Shown here in pieces: positions 38,463 to 51,079 of a DNA stretch of 64,000 nt. The translations under genes and the position numbers were made by a program. This DNA comes from Eledone cirrhosa (lineage: Eukaryota): contig OZ024743.1 of NCBI GenBank assembly GCA_964016885.1, positions 126,542,001-126,606,000 on the forward strand. Reading direction: 5' to 3'. The stretch's first letter is position 1; the number at the start of each line of letters is the position of its first letter. The notes below the pieces were generated by a model. The model made no database searches. It saw only the letters and a list, made by a program, of their open reading frames with translations, and was not told the origin of the DNA.

Positions 38463-41400
38463 CGGGTTTGTCCCATTTGAGGCAAGTTGGGTCAGGTGAC
38501 TATGTCTCGTTCGTATAGGACAGTATATACACACACATAGACACACACATATATACATATATGTATGTGTGTATCTTTGTCTTTGTCTCTTTTCTTTGCT
38601 ATGCTTCATATCTGATATCACTAATGCAGACAGTGATATTTGTTTACACTTTGCATAAGCAGAAGTCCTTTGGTTTAGCAGTTAAACGTGCAGACATCCA
38701 TACCTTACTTTAGAAAATGTCTCACCACCACCTGGCCCTACAATGCCTTTAGCATAGTTCACTCTTGTGTTAGCATTCTGCCTCAAGCCTCTGGTTTGAG
38801 GGTACCTTCCTCCTTCCAGTCTTGGAGGCCATGAAAAGGGCTATAGACCCTGCCTTTCCCTCACTGATTAAACTGTAAAGAAAGGAAAAAAAATCAAATA
38901 TACTCCCCTTGGGCTTACAAAAATGTGCCTTATATTTTACTAAATGTATGTTTTCTTTGCAGGTGATTTCTGGGTTGAACTTTTATCCCAATGAGGCCCT
39001 ACACAATTTGAATGAATCATTAAAGGTTTGTCACATTTTAGTTTATTTAATTGTTTTTATGCAACAACATGCCATTGCTGCTTGTTTGTCTCAGTAACTT
39101 CTGTTCAGCTTGGTTAAAATAAGTGGCATACAATTTTAGCTCATTGTTCTCAAGTGCAATAATATTACTTCATCATCATCACCCCCCACCCTCTTCTTGT
39201 TCTTCCTTAATACCTACACCATTCATGGATCTTCTCCAACATAACATCTCACCACTTGTCATGGTCTTTCATCATCTCCTTCATGAGGTTCAACATCGTG
39301 AGATCAGTTTTGACCATTTCTGCCCATATCGTCCTTGGTTTTCCTGTTCTGCAGGATCCTTCTCTTTGGATCTCTTGGTAGTTTTTCTAATCCTCATCTG
39401 TTTGTATGGCATGTCCATACCAGCTCTTAGCTCATCCATGTTTCACTATTCATGCTCATTAACATTACATATCCATTGGAGCATGCTAGTTTTATTCCTC
39501 TCCAGTCTTTGCATATTCTTTGCATTTACTACCCATGTTTCACTCTCATGCAATATTGTACTTTACGCACAGGCAAGGAACCTTTTGTTGTCAACAAAGG
39601 TAGTAGTTGCATGAACCTTTTTCATCCTGTTCTTATTTTAGCTACAATGCTTACAGATCAACCTTCCCCACAACTAATTAGGTCACCTAGTTAACAGAAG
39701 CTATCAATTACCTCTAAATAGCCTTTCTGGGATTGGAGAATGTTTATTTCACTGGTACCCTAACTACCTCTGTGCATCTCTGATATACCTTTTCTGTTAG
39801 ACTGCTTATAATCCCACTACACCTTTTGTGTACCCATGTTTTATATTGTGTATTGTATAGAGTTCCTACCTACCTATTCATTTTCTACATATCAAACATA
39901 GCCACTTCCCTAATAGGACCAGCATCCTATCTTTTTTACTACTTATTAAATTTGTTAAGTTTGCTCTGACTCCTTTTGATTCTAAGCTCAGTTTCCATAG
40001 TAGGAATTTCTTGTCAAGTTCTTCCAAGGGTGGTGATTAGCAAAATTGGTTGAATACTGGACAAAGTACATTGTGGTATTTAGTCAAACTTAAAATCCTA
40101 TCATGTTTGACTTTTCCCTATCATCCTTCTGAGTTTGATAAAATAAGTATATGACAATAATATCTAAACCCCACCACCAAAAAAAAAACAAGTACAAAAC
40201 AGAACTAAAAACAATTTCTGGCCTTGTGCCTTTGTTACAAATAATTACTACTACTACTACCACCACCACCACCACAACTTTTAGTACTGTTCTATTTTCC
40301 AGGATGTTGTTATGTTGATGAGTTCAGGTATACAGCCATTACTGTCATCTATCTCAGATGCACTGGAAGCTATCATATTAACTATTCACCAAGAAGATTT
40401 TTCTGGGTAAATATTATTAAAAATATATTTGCATTCTAATTTTATGTAAAGACCCTTTTTTAAGTTATGTTCCAAACACCAACTTAATAATGAGAAAATT
40501 TGTTAGATATATTACTGAATCCCTCCAAATTCTTGATTATTTGAAAATAGTATGCAGTGTTTTTCATTAGAAATACAATAATGAAAGGGTTAAAAGGTTC
40601 CTATTTGAATTAAATCCTTCCAACATAATCTTATATATTTTTCTTTCTTAAAACATGTTATATATGAAATAATCTTAATGAAATAATTAATAATTGTAGT
40701 AAATTCCTCCCAATTCTTTATTTATTAAACTGAAATACTGCATACTTTATTAAAAATATGACCTTGAAAGGGTTAAACTTTTCCACAAATGGATTTCTTT
40801 TTTGCTGTTTAGTCAGAGAGGGAGGGGTAGTATCTGGCCTTTTTCACGAAATCTGAAACTGGTGGCAGGAAGAGAGTTATCTTCATATTTCACTGTGGTT
40901 TCCTTAGGTGATAAACTTAATCCTTTACCAGCTTTAACACCACCATCTGACCCTTAGGTGTTCTCAGCAGAGTCTGCGCTTTTGCAAGGAAGACACTTGC
41001 TCAAGATGCCACACAGTGGGATAGAACTCAAGACCACATGGTTGGGAAGTGGTTTGAGGATACTTTCTTTCTTCCCTATGTACCATCTGTTATGGAGACT
41101 CTAAAAAGTGTCTTAGGCATTGACTTTCCTTCCTGGACTAAACAGTAAAACAGTAAAAAATAAAAGTTTGATATTTGTAATAGAATGGAACATAAGGTCA
41201 GCTTTCTTTTCAAAAAGTTAATCAATTTATGATTACATATAGATGCCTGCTTGTATTGCAAGTGCAAGTGAATCTTGGGTAATGAGCAAAAGAATACGAT
41301 CGCAAATGCAAGCAGTCGAAATGGGGTTCCTCTGAAAGGTCTTTGGAATAACATTACTCAATAGAGTGTTTAGCTCAGAGATCTCTGAATTGAGAGGTCG

Positions 41401-44400
41401 TAGTTCTGATAGTATGGGCATGTGGTTAGAATGTCTCTGGAAAGAATCACTGGACAGATTTTACAAGCAAAACCAACTTAAAGCAGACCCAGAGGTAGAC
41501 CCTGAGCAAGATGGTTGGATAATATCCATGAGCTCAGCTGGTTTCACTTGGAAATACAGCGAGATCAATTGGAGATGGTTGCTTTAGACAGGACCTGCTG
41601 GAAGGAATGTTTGAGGACTCTGCCCTCACAGCCCTCTCAGTAATATGGGCGAAGAAGAAGAGTATATAGAAGCAATACTGAATTTTGGTTTTATCATCAT
41701 CACATCACCATTTGATGTCTGTTGGTATGGGTTGGATGGGTTGTTACAGACCAAGTCTGTGATTTATTGGAGCCACTGTACTTCTAGATGGATCGTGGGG
41801 ACATGTCTTGCTTGAATACATTCATTTTTTGGTATGGTTTCTACTGCTGGATGTCCTTCTTTAATGCCAACCATTTTGCAGAGTACATTTTGTAGCACCA
41901 ATAGTAAGAAGTCAGGTCTTTGACATCACTGAAGAGTATCAATAAATAGAGGCAAGATGTGTTCACTTGTGCAGATAACTTTTTCTAGGGTTCTGGTACT
42001 TCATACTTTTATTTAATGAAAGATGCTGCCTATGATTTTCAAATCGTTTTGAGAATATAAAACAAATTGGAAGGCTTTAGTAAAATAACAAACGTTTTCA
42101 TTGTTAAGTTAAATTCCAAACACCAGCTTAATAAAGATCATTATATAAAATTATGATGGAAGATTTTTAGATAAATATAAACACTTTAAAATAATTAAAA
42201 TAAACATTTTGTATTGTATAACTAATGGTGGTTTCAAGCAGTTAGGTATAAAAAGGGTCAAACAGAACTAGTTTTATGAAATACCAAAGAAATGAGAGGG
42301 TGTTACTATTTAAAATTCTGTAAAAAATATTAAAATAACTAAAGCTCAATAGACAAAGAAAAAATATTCTTTAAATCAGCCCTTCTTTTGAGCTAATGGT
42401 AGGTTAATAGATTGGTCTAGTAAAACATAAGATTGTATATAGACTATAAAGATTGACAGGAAACAAATATCTATTTAATGATCTGAGGCACCTTTGTCTT
42501 GAAAGTATGGCGAGGACTGTTTTTGCTATGAAGAGAACAGAGCAATCTCTCTAGTGCCGGTGTCACACTAAAATGCACCCACTTCACTGTAAAGTGAAAG
42601 ATAATCAAATGGAGACACTCTAGTGTCATGAATAAATGTACCCAGTACATCCTGTTAAATGGTTGGTGTTAAGAAAGGCATTCAGTCCTAGAAACAATGC
42701 TAAAATTGGTACATATGAGCAAGATATGGTCTTCCAACCCATCTAGATGGGCATTAACTCCAAATAAGAACCGATTCGAACCATAACTTGTCCAGCCCCC
42801 GTACCAGCATGGAGAACTGATTTTAAATGATTGCAATATATCTTAGCTATTAAACCTTCTTAAGTGATAGAAATAAAATAGAAAGAAGAAAACTAATATC
42901 TTGACTTATATAGTATATATGTACCTATTCCAGTCTTAGGCATTTCAAACATGACAGGACCCATCTCTCTCTTGGTCTGAACACAGCCAATTTCTCCCAG
43001 ACAAAGAAAGAGATATAGAGGAATAATTGATCCTAGTACAGGACTGGTGCTTTTTTATTGACTTCAAAAGAATAAAATACAAAATTGACCTTGGCAGGAT
43101 TTGAATTCAGAGTGCAGAGGGCCAGAACAAATACTGCAAAGCATTCTATCCAATGTTCTGACGATACTACCAATTCAGTGCCAAAAACTTACGTAGATTT
43201 GATTCCAATATGTTTATAACCATATTCAGCAGTTACATAACTTTGTAAAAATATCCTATTTTAGATTTTACTCCTGTGGTCTCTTTTAATTTTACAGTCC
43301 TGCACCATCTGGTACTGCAGTGGATGCTCCATGTTCCCTGTACATGAAGGAATTACAGAGTTTTATTGCACGCGCACGTACTGACTATTTGTCACAGTAT
43401 TCTTGCACTGATTTCATCTATAACAGGTAACTATTACAGTTTGATACATTGCTCTGTTTAACATCACTATCTGACCCTTAGGGATGTTTAGTGGAGTCCA
43501 GTCTAATGCAAGCATTCAGGCTTAGTCTCATGTCTGAGGAGAACTCCCAAAGAGGTCTCCAAAAACATGCATCTATATAAACCAAGGAAAAATGTTTTAA
43601 AATTCTCTCTCATGTTGTTATATTTTATATATCTATTGCAGTATAAATCGAGTTTGTTGCCAATGTATTGAACTGTTTGTACGGCATGCTTGCTTAGTAC
43701 GACCCCTGGGAGATGGTGGAAAAATGAAACTTGCCTCAGATTTTGCTCAAATGGAAAGTGCTCTTTCTCCATTTTGTCATCGTCCATCTGATCTAGGTCG
43801 ACCCTATCGTCTTCTCAGAGCTTTCAGGTTTGTCTTTATCTTTCTTTCAGCTATTTGCAACTTTGAAAAGGATTTTGAATATGTACCCGTGACCCGTTGG
43901 GTCACGTTCACTGCAAAATATTTTTTAAATATCATGTTCACTTAAAAATAATTTTTAGATAATTAAAATATACACAGACATGTATATAATGTGAAATGAA
44001 ACTGGAAGGCCCATATATATACGTGTGTATATATATATATAAATGTGTGTGTGTGTTTACATTTATATATATATGTATGTATGTATGTGTGTGTGTATGT
44101 GGGTGTCTGTGATCTATATACACTGGTCATAGACACACACATACACACCACCACCACCAGCTCTCTCTTCCATTCTCCTCTGTCTCCTCTCCCTCACTTT
44201 ATATCTCTCTTTCAATCTATTCTCTCACAACCACTATTTCCTTCTCTCTCTCTGTTTATGAAGGTACCTGGAAAAACACTATATTTCAGCCCCCCCCTGG
44301 TACTCTGATTTACGCAAAACTTGTTTTATTCCATTTGTATTCCTATTTCAGGGTCCTTTCAAAGTGTTTTCCCATTACACGCCCAATTTGGCTGTATTAC

Positions 44401-47062
44401 ATTACAGACAAGCAAGCAATCAATCACAGAGTTTTAGTAGTATATAGATAGATAGATGTTTGGCAAGATTTATGATCTGAAAAAAATGTGTAATAAAACT
44501 TTAAAGTAATAAATAAATTGTGTGTACACGCGTGTGCATTTGATTATTGACAAAAATGTCAAAGATTTAACCCTTTCTTATTAGGAAAGCACAGTTTAGT
44601 TGTTAGAGTTTTGGGTTATCGATTGTAAGGCTGTAAGTTTAATTCCCAGACATGGCAGCACATAGTGTCCTTGAGCAAGACACTTCATTTCACATTGCTC
44701 CAGCCCTCACAGTTGAAGAAAAGAGTACTGGTATCTGCAACTGGGAGTTAACTCTGTAATTGACTGGCGTCCCATCCACTCAAAGAGTAGTTATGTATTC
44801 TCAGTTGTTTAACACTACATGAAACCAAGATAAACTCTGGCCTGATGAGCCAATGGGGTTTGAGATAGTTTTTAACTTTTCTTATCAGAACAAAATACAA
44901 GTGAAAAATATAAACAATATTTTGATATTGTTTTGAAGACAATTGGTAAGACAGAAAAACTGCTTCTATAATTAAAATAAAATTCTGTGATTTATTTAAT
45001 TCTTAATATACTGTAATGTATCTAAAAACAGTTTTGTTAATTCAAATGTTTTAGATCTTTACAAGTGGATAGATCTTTGAGAAATTGTGTAGTATTAAGG
45101 AAAATATTTAAATTTGTAATGTGATTGTCATATTGTTTTGTACTTTTCAAGAATGTTTTGCTAGTGTGGTTTCATGTCATACAAGACATTAAGACTTAAT
45201 ATTTTCATTACTAAATAGTACTAATATGAAATAGAATAGATATGACTTTACAGTGAAATAGTGGTGTGTAACTTAACTAAGATTTTGTCTTCTTTATCAC
45301 AAAGAAACTTACAATAGTCCAATCAAATCAAAGATTTTAATTGAAGTGTATTTTATTTTTAGGCCACTATTGTTCCAATCTAGTGAACATATTTCCAAAA
45401 ATCCTGTTCTTGGTGATGTTATTCCTTATAGTTTAGTTTTGAGCTTCCTATTTACCAGAGCTCCTACAGAACTTACATCTCCTCACCAGGTATGTATCTT
45501 CCTTTTTTGCATCTTACTTTTCAATGCTGGCATGAGACGGATGAGACTTTTTGTTGCAGTGTTGTCTAACCAAATAATCTTCTTGATTTGAACACTTAGT
45601 TACCTCTTTGACAATCATGGATGTGGTGTACTTACTCTTTTTCCCACAAAAATCATCATCATCATCAGCATTGTTTTAATGTCTACTTTTACATGCTGGT
45701 ATGAATTAGATGAGACTTTTTGAGACAGTTTTTCTATGACCAGATGCAGGACATGAAGAAACTACCCTGCTTACTCTAAAAGTGTTGATATACATATTTC
45801 ACATGCACACATGTTCATCATGGGGTCTTTTTTGAGGTAATGTTTTACAGCTGGATCTTCATTCTGGCACCATCTCTTAGTCACATCTTATGACACATGT
45901 ATATGGTATGCCTATCGTAAAATAGATACACACCGAAAACAGCTATGCCTATATAACAATTTTAATAATAACAGCAACAATATGTTTTAAAAAAAACTGT
46001 CTAAATATAAAGACCTTGAGAGTGGGATCTCCACCATGTGGGACTTAACCACCCAAATCATACTAGTAGTAACCAGGACTTTGGTTAATCAAAAAGAAAC
46101 TGGAAAAAACTCACCAGGAAACATCCCACAAAAACTTAAAAAAACAATGCTCCTATGAATAGCACATATACTACAGAGGATGCTGTCCTTAAAGTAACAT
46201 TGTATACCTTGTATAATAACCTCAGGGTCATAGTTTGGACTGAGTGATATAAGATCTACGAGAGACGCAGAGAAAAAATATAAGAATTGTTTCTACTTTA
46301 GGCACAAGGCCAGAAAGTTGATTAAATCGACCCCAGCGCATCACTGGTGTTTTATTTTATTGACCCCATAAAGATGAAAAGCTAAGCTAACCTCGGCGGG
46401 ATTTGAACTGAGAACGCAAAGGGCTATAACTCTATGCCACAAGGCACGATGTCTGATGCTCTACCAATACTGCCAATTCACTATCCTCTATTATTATATT
46501 AAAAAATATAATAATAATCATTTCTTTTATTGTCCAAAATGGTGCAAGATGTTGGGGACTATACAAGGATGAATCAAAGTGGATTTCAGTCATTTGTTTC
46601 AGTTCATTTTGTGATGTGATTTTGCTAGGATTCATAATCCTTTAAAAACAAAATTAAATATACTAAAAAACAATAAACTTTTGGTAATGATTACGATTAA
46701 TGACTTGTGTTTCAGAATGCTGACTGGTCTGTGAGTTATTATTCCCAATGGCTAGATAATCACACGTCTGAAAAAGATAGACTCACATTTATTAAGTAAG
46801 TATCTTTTCTATATTCACATATCACCATCAGCATCATTATTATCCTTTTTATGTGTGTTTTTTCATGCTAGTAGAATTCTGATAGAATTAATTTTAACAC
46901 ATTTTATTTGAATGTTGCCATGGTGATAGTTTGTTATCTTTTTACAGGGGAGCACTGGAAGCCTATGTCCAGCAGGTAAAATGTCGACAGGGCAAGAAGT
47001 TTGCTGACATATATCCCGTAATGTTACAACTACTTCAACAAGGTCTTCAGCAAGCAACTTAA
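17987..47062 (+). CDS. COG5: Conserved oligomeric Golgi complex subunit 5 (22 coding exons, 2433 nt, 810 aa)
   Basis: All introns GT-AG with consistent phases. Diagnostic peptides: [80 protein letters not shown]. Confidence 0.95.
20490..21470 (-). mobile_element. RTE/CR1-type LINE fragment (AP-endonuclease domain), COG5 intron 1
   Basis: [19 protein letters not shown]...ITDFVIVS...[17 protein letters not shown]; disrupted ORF. Confidence 0.8.
21698..21837 (+). CDS. COG5: COG5 exon 2
   Basis: [14 protein letters not shown]...LLDKEIHNQ; AG/GT flanks. Confidence 0.92.
22730..22914 (+). mobile_element. tRNA-derived SINE
   Basis: Same family as 4291. Confidence 0.8.
22957..23014 (+). CDS. COG5: COG5 exon 3
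   Basis: [19 protein letters not shown]. Confidence 0.92.
23780..23834 (+). CDS. COG5: COG5 exon 4
   Basis: [18 protein letters not shown]. Confidence 0.92.
24997..25191. mobile_element. piggyBac-like MITE
   Basis: TTAA|CCCTTTAGCATTTA ... TAAATGCTAAAGGG|TTAA. Confidence 0.75.
25592..25661 (+). CDS. COG5: COG5 exon 5
   Basis: [23 protein letters not shown]. Confidence 0.92.
25758..26330. repeat. 45-bp minisatellite (about 13 units) in COG5 intron 5
   Basis: Unit GTTACATCTGGTGCAATATCAGCTACAGCTGCAGACAATATGTCT, with some shorter variants. Confidence 0.92.
26772..26892 (+). CDS. COG5: COG5 exon 6
   Basis: [19 protein letters not shown]...[13 protein letters not shown]. Confidence 0.93.
27287..27471 (+). 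mobile_element. tRNA-derived SINE
   Basis: Same family. Confidence 0.8.
27560..27757. repeat. Degenerate tandem repeat (about 36-38 bp x5) abutting the COG5 exon 7 acceptor
   Basis: ATTATGTATGT.AAGGTAGGGATTCACATGTTATTTT-like units. Confidence 0.75.
27758..27888 (+). CDS. COG5: COG5 exon 7
   Basis: [16 protein letters not shown]...MLEQGMETQ. Confidence 0.92.
29653..29818 (+). CDS. COG5: COG5 exon 8
   Basis: [15 protein letters not shown]...VPTQGQ; GTCAGT donor. Confidence 0.88.
30371..30483 (+). CDS. COG5: COG5 exon 9
   Basis: [37 protein letters not shown]. Confidence 0.93.
31390..31467 (+). CDS. COG5: COG5 exon 10
   Basis: [26 protein letters not shown]. Confidence 0.93.
31560..31780. 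mobile_element. piggyBac-like MITE, inverted relative to 24997-25191
   Basis: Same CCCTTTAGCATTTA TIRs and TTAA TSD. Confidence 0.75.
32570..32657 (+). CDS. COG5: COG5 exon 11
   Basis: [29 protein letters not shown]. Confidence 0.88.
32685..33050 (+). mobile_element. Two tandem SINE copies
   Basis: Copies at about 32685-32855 and 32870-33050. Confidence 0.78.
33688..33886 (+). CDS. COG5: COG5 exon 12
   Basis: [26 protein letters not shown]...TGY. Confidence 0.92.
34215..34376 (+). CDS. COG5: COG5 exon 13
   Basis: [32 protein letters not shown]...KTIA. Confidence 0.92.
35298..35397 (+). CDS. COG5: COG5 exon 14
   Basis: [33 protein letters not shown]. Confidence 0.92.
37872..37982 (+). CDS. 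COG5: COG5 exon 15
   Basis: [37 protein letters not shown]. Confidence 0.92.
38963..39025 (+). CDS. COG5: COG5 exon 16
   Basis: [21 protein letters not shown]; phase 0-0. Confidence 0.85.
39230..40030 (-). mobile_element. Decayed RTE-clade LINE fragment
   Basis: Reverse-complement similarity to the RTE at 48970-49497 (RTGWK.F...RLE..E..ML..., GRP.KTW motifs). Confidence 0.6.
40303..40406 (+). CDS. COG5: COG5 exon 17
   Basis: [34 protein letters not shown]. Confidence 0.92.
43298..43426 (+). CDS. COG5: COG5 exon 18
   Basis: [25 protein letters not shown]...DFIYN. Confidence 0.92.
43642..43827 (+). CDS. COG5: COG5 exon 19
   Basis: [30 protein letters not shown]...LLRAFR. Confidence 0.93.
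43880..44457 (-). mobile_element. Helitron-like non-autonomous element
   Basis: Minus 5' end TCTATCTATCTATATACTACTAAAAC, and a palindromic hairpin CGTGACCCgttGGGTCACG near the other end. No clear CTAG. Confidence 0.45.
45363..45489 (+). CDS. COG5: COG5 exon 20
   Basis: [23 protein letters not shown]...ELTSPHQ. Confidence 0.93.
45985..46200 (+). mobile_element. R4/Dong-like LINE C-terminal endonuclease remnant
   Basis: [31 protein letters not shown] resembles the K..KY.DL...I...W....IPVVIG.LG motif. Confidence 0.55.
46285..46481 (-). mobile_element. tRNA-derived SINE (antisense)
   Basis: Reverse complement of the family. Confidence 0.75.
46716..46795 (+). CDS. COG5: COG5 exon 21
   Basis: [26 protein letters not shown]. 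Confidence 0.92.
46948..47062 (+). CDS. COG5: COG5 exon 22 (terminal)
   Basis: [40 protein letters not shown]. Confidence 0.92.
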
Positions 47063-47184
47063 CACAGATATACATTTATTTCTAAACAACTTCATAATTG
47101 TGGGTGATAAAAAAAAAAAACAAGGGAATGAACATATTTATCTTGTTTATGGGAAAGAAATTGTTTTATTTATTTTTTTGTATT

Positions 47185-47194
47185 ATTAAATAAA
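47185..47194 (+). terminator. Putative COG5 polyadenylation signal
   Basis: Overlapping ATTAAA/AATAAA about 125 nt after the stop, followed by GT/T-rich sequence. Confidence 0.55.
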
Positions 47195-47404
47195 ATTTTG
47201 TGGAACTTTTTCCGATGCTTTAATTTCTTGAAATTTTTTCTTTAGATAAATGTACAGGCATGCCTGTGTGGTTGAAAAGTTTGTTTCTCAATTATATAGC
47301 TTTAGGTTCTCTCCCACTGCGCAGCACCTGGGGAAAGTGTTTTCTACTACAGCCTTGGACCTACTTGTGAGTGAACTTGGTTGATAGAAACTGTAAGGAA
47401 GTCC

Positions 47405-47443
<39 letters not shown>

Positions 47444-48601
47444 ATCTACTATTTAGCCTTGGACCAACTAATGTCATGGGAGTGTACTTGGTAGATAGAA
47501 ACTATAAGGAAGCCTGTTACACACGCACATATATATATATATATATCATCATCATCATCGTTTAACGTTCATCTTTATATATATATTCACCGTTTAACAG
47601 CCATTTTTCCACACTAGCATGGGTTAAATGAATTGCCCCATTGTGAGACAAACCAGATCAGGTGACTGTCTTGGTTATACAGAATTGATTTTGGTTTGGT
47701 TTGGTTTCCTAATGCCAACCACATTTAGTGTGTACTAGGAGCTTTTTTATTGTGGTACCAAAACAACCACTTTATAGTATGGGGTGGGGATTAGAGAGGT
47801 ATATTTAGGGTGTGGTGGGGGACATCTGGTGAAGGGTGGCATGTTAGGACATGCTGGGTGTATGGAAGTAGGGAGGGAGATGAAGGTAGGGGAAAGTGGT
47901 GCACCCTAGATGTATGCTTCAACTGGTGCACGAGAAGGTGTGACTTCCGTATTACTGCATAATGCCAGAGACCTTTATCCTGTGTCATTGCTTTTGAGAG
48001 GTGCAGTTGCATGAGGTCAGCTTTTATCACTTCATCCCAAGTCTTCATAGGTCTTTCAGTGCTCTGCAGGTATGTTTGTGCTTTGCAGTATTTGTTCCAG
48101 TTCTCTGCAGTCTAGATTCATATCACACCATGCTTTTCATCCTTTCAAGTTGTATGAAATAAAGTACTAATTAGGACAATTGTTTGGCAGAATTGTTAGT
48201 GTTGTATGAGATGTCTTGCTATATTTGTTTTGGCTCTTTGGATTTTAAGTTTAAATCCCACTGTTGTCTACTTGCATGGTAGACTTAATCTGTCACCTGA
48301 TATAACCTTTTGGATACCAACCCACTTGAAATAATCCCTGGTTCTATAATAACAAAACTACTTGTTTTAAAGCGCTCATATTTCAATTTTAACCTTCCAT
48401 TATAATTTTATGTTAGAACTTTTCTTATGTTCTAAACACCAACTTATTAATTGAAAATGTTAGATATTTTACTAAATCCTTCCAGATTCGAAAATCATAG
48501 GCAGTGTCCTTCATTGTAATAAAAGAGGCAACACCACCACATGACCTAGTGAATTCTGTTGCAAGCACCCAGGCCAGGTCTCTGATTTGTTGGGGGGAGA
48601 C

Positions 48602-48912
48602 TTTTTTTTTTTTTAAATGATCTTTATTTATTCAATATACAAAATCCCACAATGTCATGAAAGGCCATTGACATTATAGAAACATAATTGAGCAGTATCT
48701 AATAAAAACAAAACACACTATTAAATGGAACAGAAAATGAAAAGGAGGATCAAGCAGAAAAAGAAGGGGGGGGGGGGGGTCACTACACCCTCTCCCCTTC
48801 CCTGGACAAAATGGCAAAAGCGTTACCATGGAGAATGGCAAGAAACACCTGCTGCAGTAGCCACACCATCTCACAGGGCTCCCTCCTCAAGTGGGCTGAA
48901 ATTTGTAGATAC
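48602..48912 (-). mobile_element. 5'-truncated CRE-clade LINE with poly(A) tail
   Basis: REPCEMVWLLQQVFLAILHGNAFAIL-stop, then 3' UTR with AATAAA and an A tail (T-run 48602-48614). Confidence 0.65.
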
Positions 48913-48969
48913 ATTTCTCTCTCTCTCCCACTAGTCTCAGATATACTGAAAATGTATATATATATATAT

Positions 48970-49796
48970 ATAACTAGGGTAAGAACGGGATGGAAGATGT
49001 TTAGGGAACTACTACCACTGCTAGCTGCAAAAAGCTTCTCCCTCAAAATGAAAGGCAGACTGTATGATGCGTGTATACGAACAGCGATGTTGCATGGTAG
49101 TGAGACCTGGGCGCTGAAGGTGGAAGACTTACGTAGATTAGAGAAAAACGAAGCCTGCATGCTCCGATGGATGTGTAACAGTAATATACGTGAACGACAA
49201 AGCATAAAGGAATTGAGAGAGAGACTGAGCATAAGAGGAATCAAATGCTGCGTGCAGGAGAGGCGGTTACGCTGGTATGGACATGTGATGCGTATGAAGG
49301 ATGACAGCTGCATAAAAAGGTGCAGAGCACTAGAAGTTGATGGAAACCGCGGAGTGGGGAGACCCAAGATGACTTGGGATGAGGTGATAAAAGCCGACCT
49401 TACCCAACTACACCTCTCAAAGTCAATGACACACGACCGTGACTTCTGGCGTCACGCAGTAATACAGGGTACCCGACCTCCCATGGGTACATGCTGAAGC
49501 ATATAAACAATATGCCCACCCACCCACCGCAAGGTGGTCGTGGAGGTGCCACGGCAAAAAAGCACCCAGCCCACACTGTAAAGTGGACGTGTAGGCGCCA
49601 CGGAAAAGCACCCAGCACTCACTGTAAATGAGGTTGGTGTTAGGAAGGGCATCCAGCTGTAGAAATCAAGCCAGATCAGTTCCTGTATGAGCAAGGCATG
49701 GTCAGCCGACCAGACACTGCCCACAACAGGACAACCCGTCTAACCCATGCTAGCGTGGAAGAACGGACGTAAAACGGTGATGATGATGATGATGAT
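48970..49796 (+). mobile_element. 5'-truncated RTE-clade LINE (open C-terminal ORF to 49497, 3' UTR, (GAT)n tail)
   Basis: RVRTGWKMFRELLPLL...KGRLYDACIRTAMLHGSETW...RRLRWYGHVMR...GRPKMTW; starts in (TA)n. Confidence 0.88.
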
Positions 49797-50956
49797 CCAG
49801 CTGTAGAAATCAAGCCAGAATCAGTTCCCGTCCCATCCTTGCAAGCAGGGAAAAGTGGACGTAAAATGATGATGTATGAGGAATTGAATATTTATCAGAC
49901 ATACCAATGGAAAATACTTATATAATGGTTTGTTTTGAAAAGGAAAGTTGAATTATCTCCTAACTGATACAAAGACAAAGTTCCTTGTATGTTTTCTGGC
50001 TCTACACTTTGAATTCAAGTCCTGCCAAGGTTAACATTGCTTTTCACCCATTCAGCAAATTAAGTACCAGACCAGGGTAGTCAATCGGCAGAATTGCTAG
50101 TGTTGGGTGAGATGCTTTGTGGTGTCTGTTTTGGATCACTGCATTTTGAGTTCAAATCCTGTCATGGCCTTTGTTGATGGACTTAATTTGTTGCCTAGCT
50201 TAACACCACCACTTGGGTCATTTGACAAGTTCCAATCTTGATGAGACCATGGAAAGGGTCAGTCACTGCTGTTCTTCCTGTGTAAACTTAAAAAAAAAAA
50301 GTCTGGAGGATGTGTGATGCCCATGACCTTCACTGATAAGATTGACAAGTTCATGTGAGGATAGCCATAAGTTGATGGTGTCTGCATGAAAAATGAAGTC
50401 AGAGAGAGGATGATGTTCTTGGGTGGGATGATTATTATTTTAACCATTTCTTTTTATGTGGTTTGAATGTCTAAGGAAAGAATCACTGGACAGATTTTAT
50501 GAGCAAAACCAGCTGGCAAGAGACCTAGGTATATACCCCAAGCAAGATGGTTGGATAACATCCATGAACTTGGCTAGTCACGCTTGGGATCCAGTTGGAA
50601 ATGGTTGCTTCTGACAGGACCCGCTGGAAAGAGTGTTTGAGGACTCTGCTCCAACAACCCTCTTTGGAATAAGTGAGCAAATAAGAAGAGATTGAGAAAA
50701 TTAGGGTCAGATTCAAAATTCAATTCTTTATCTTTGAACTGATATTACATTGGAAATGAAGTAAAGTGTTGGACTACTAACCACATTTCAACTTATCACA
50801 GGAAAAATATGCAACAATAACAATTTAAAAATATATATATTAGAATGTGGATGGATTGAAGTCATTGTAAGTGGTATGCATCAGTTTTGTTTGGTGTTCT
50901 GTGTGGTTGAACTGAACTGATCCTGGGGAAGTCAAAGGGGAACTTAGAATCACTCA

Positions 50957-51079
50957 CTAGGAAACAGTTCTAAGAAGATTGCTAAGAGTTATTCCAAGGA
51001 ACATCACAGATCCAAGCTTTGCGTTTGACAGGAATTTCTTACCACAGTCTGCTGGGTTATTCAAATCCACAGAATAAAT
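50957..51079 (-). CDS. COQ2: COQ2 coding exon 7 (terminal)
   Basis: [43 protein letters not shown]. Confidence 0.9.
   Translation of the reverse strand: MYSVDLNNPADCGKKFLSNAKLGSVMFLGITLSNLLRTVS

Noticed and set aside
48783-49367. 194-aa minus-strand ORF
   Set aside because: Chimeric: antisense of the RTE ORF read through (TA)n into the CRE 3' end.
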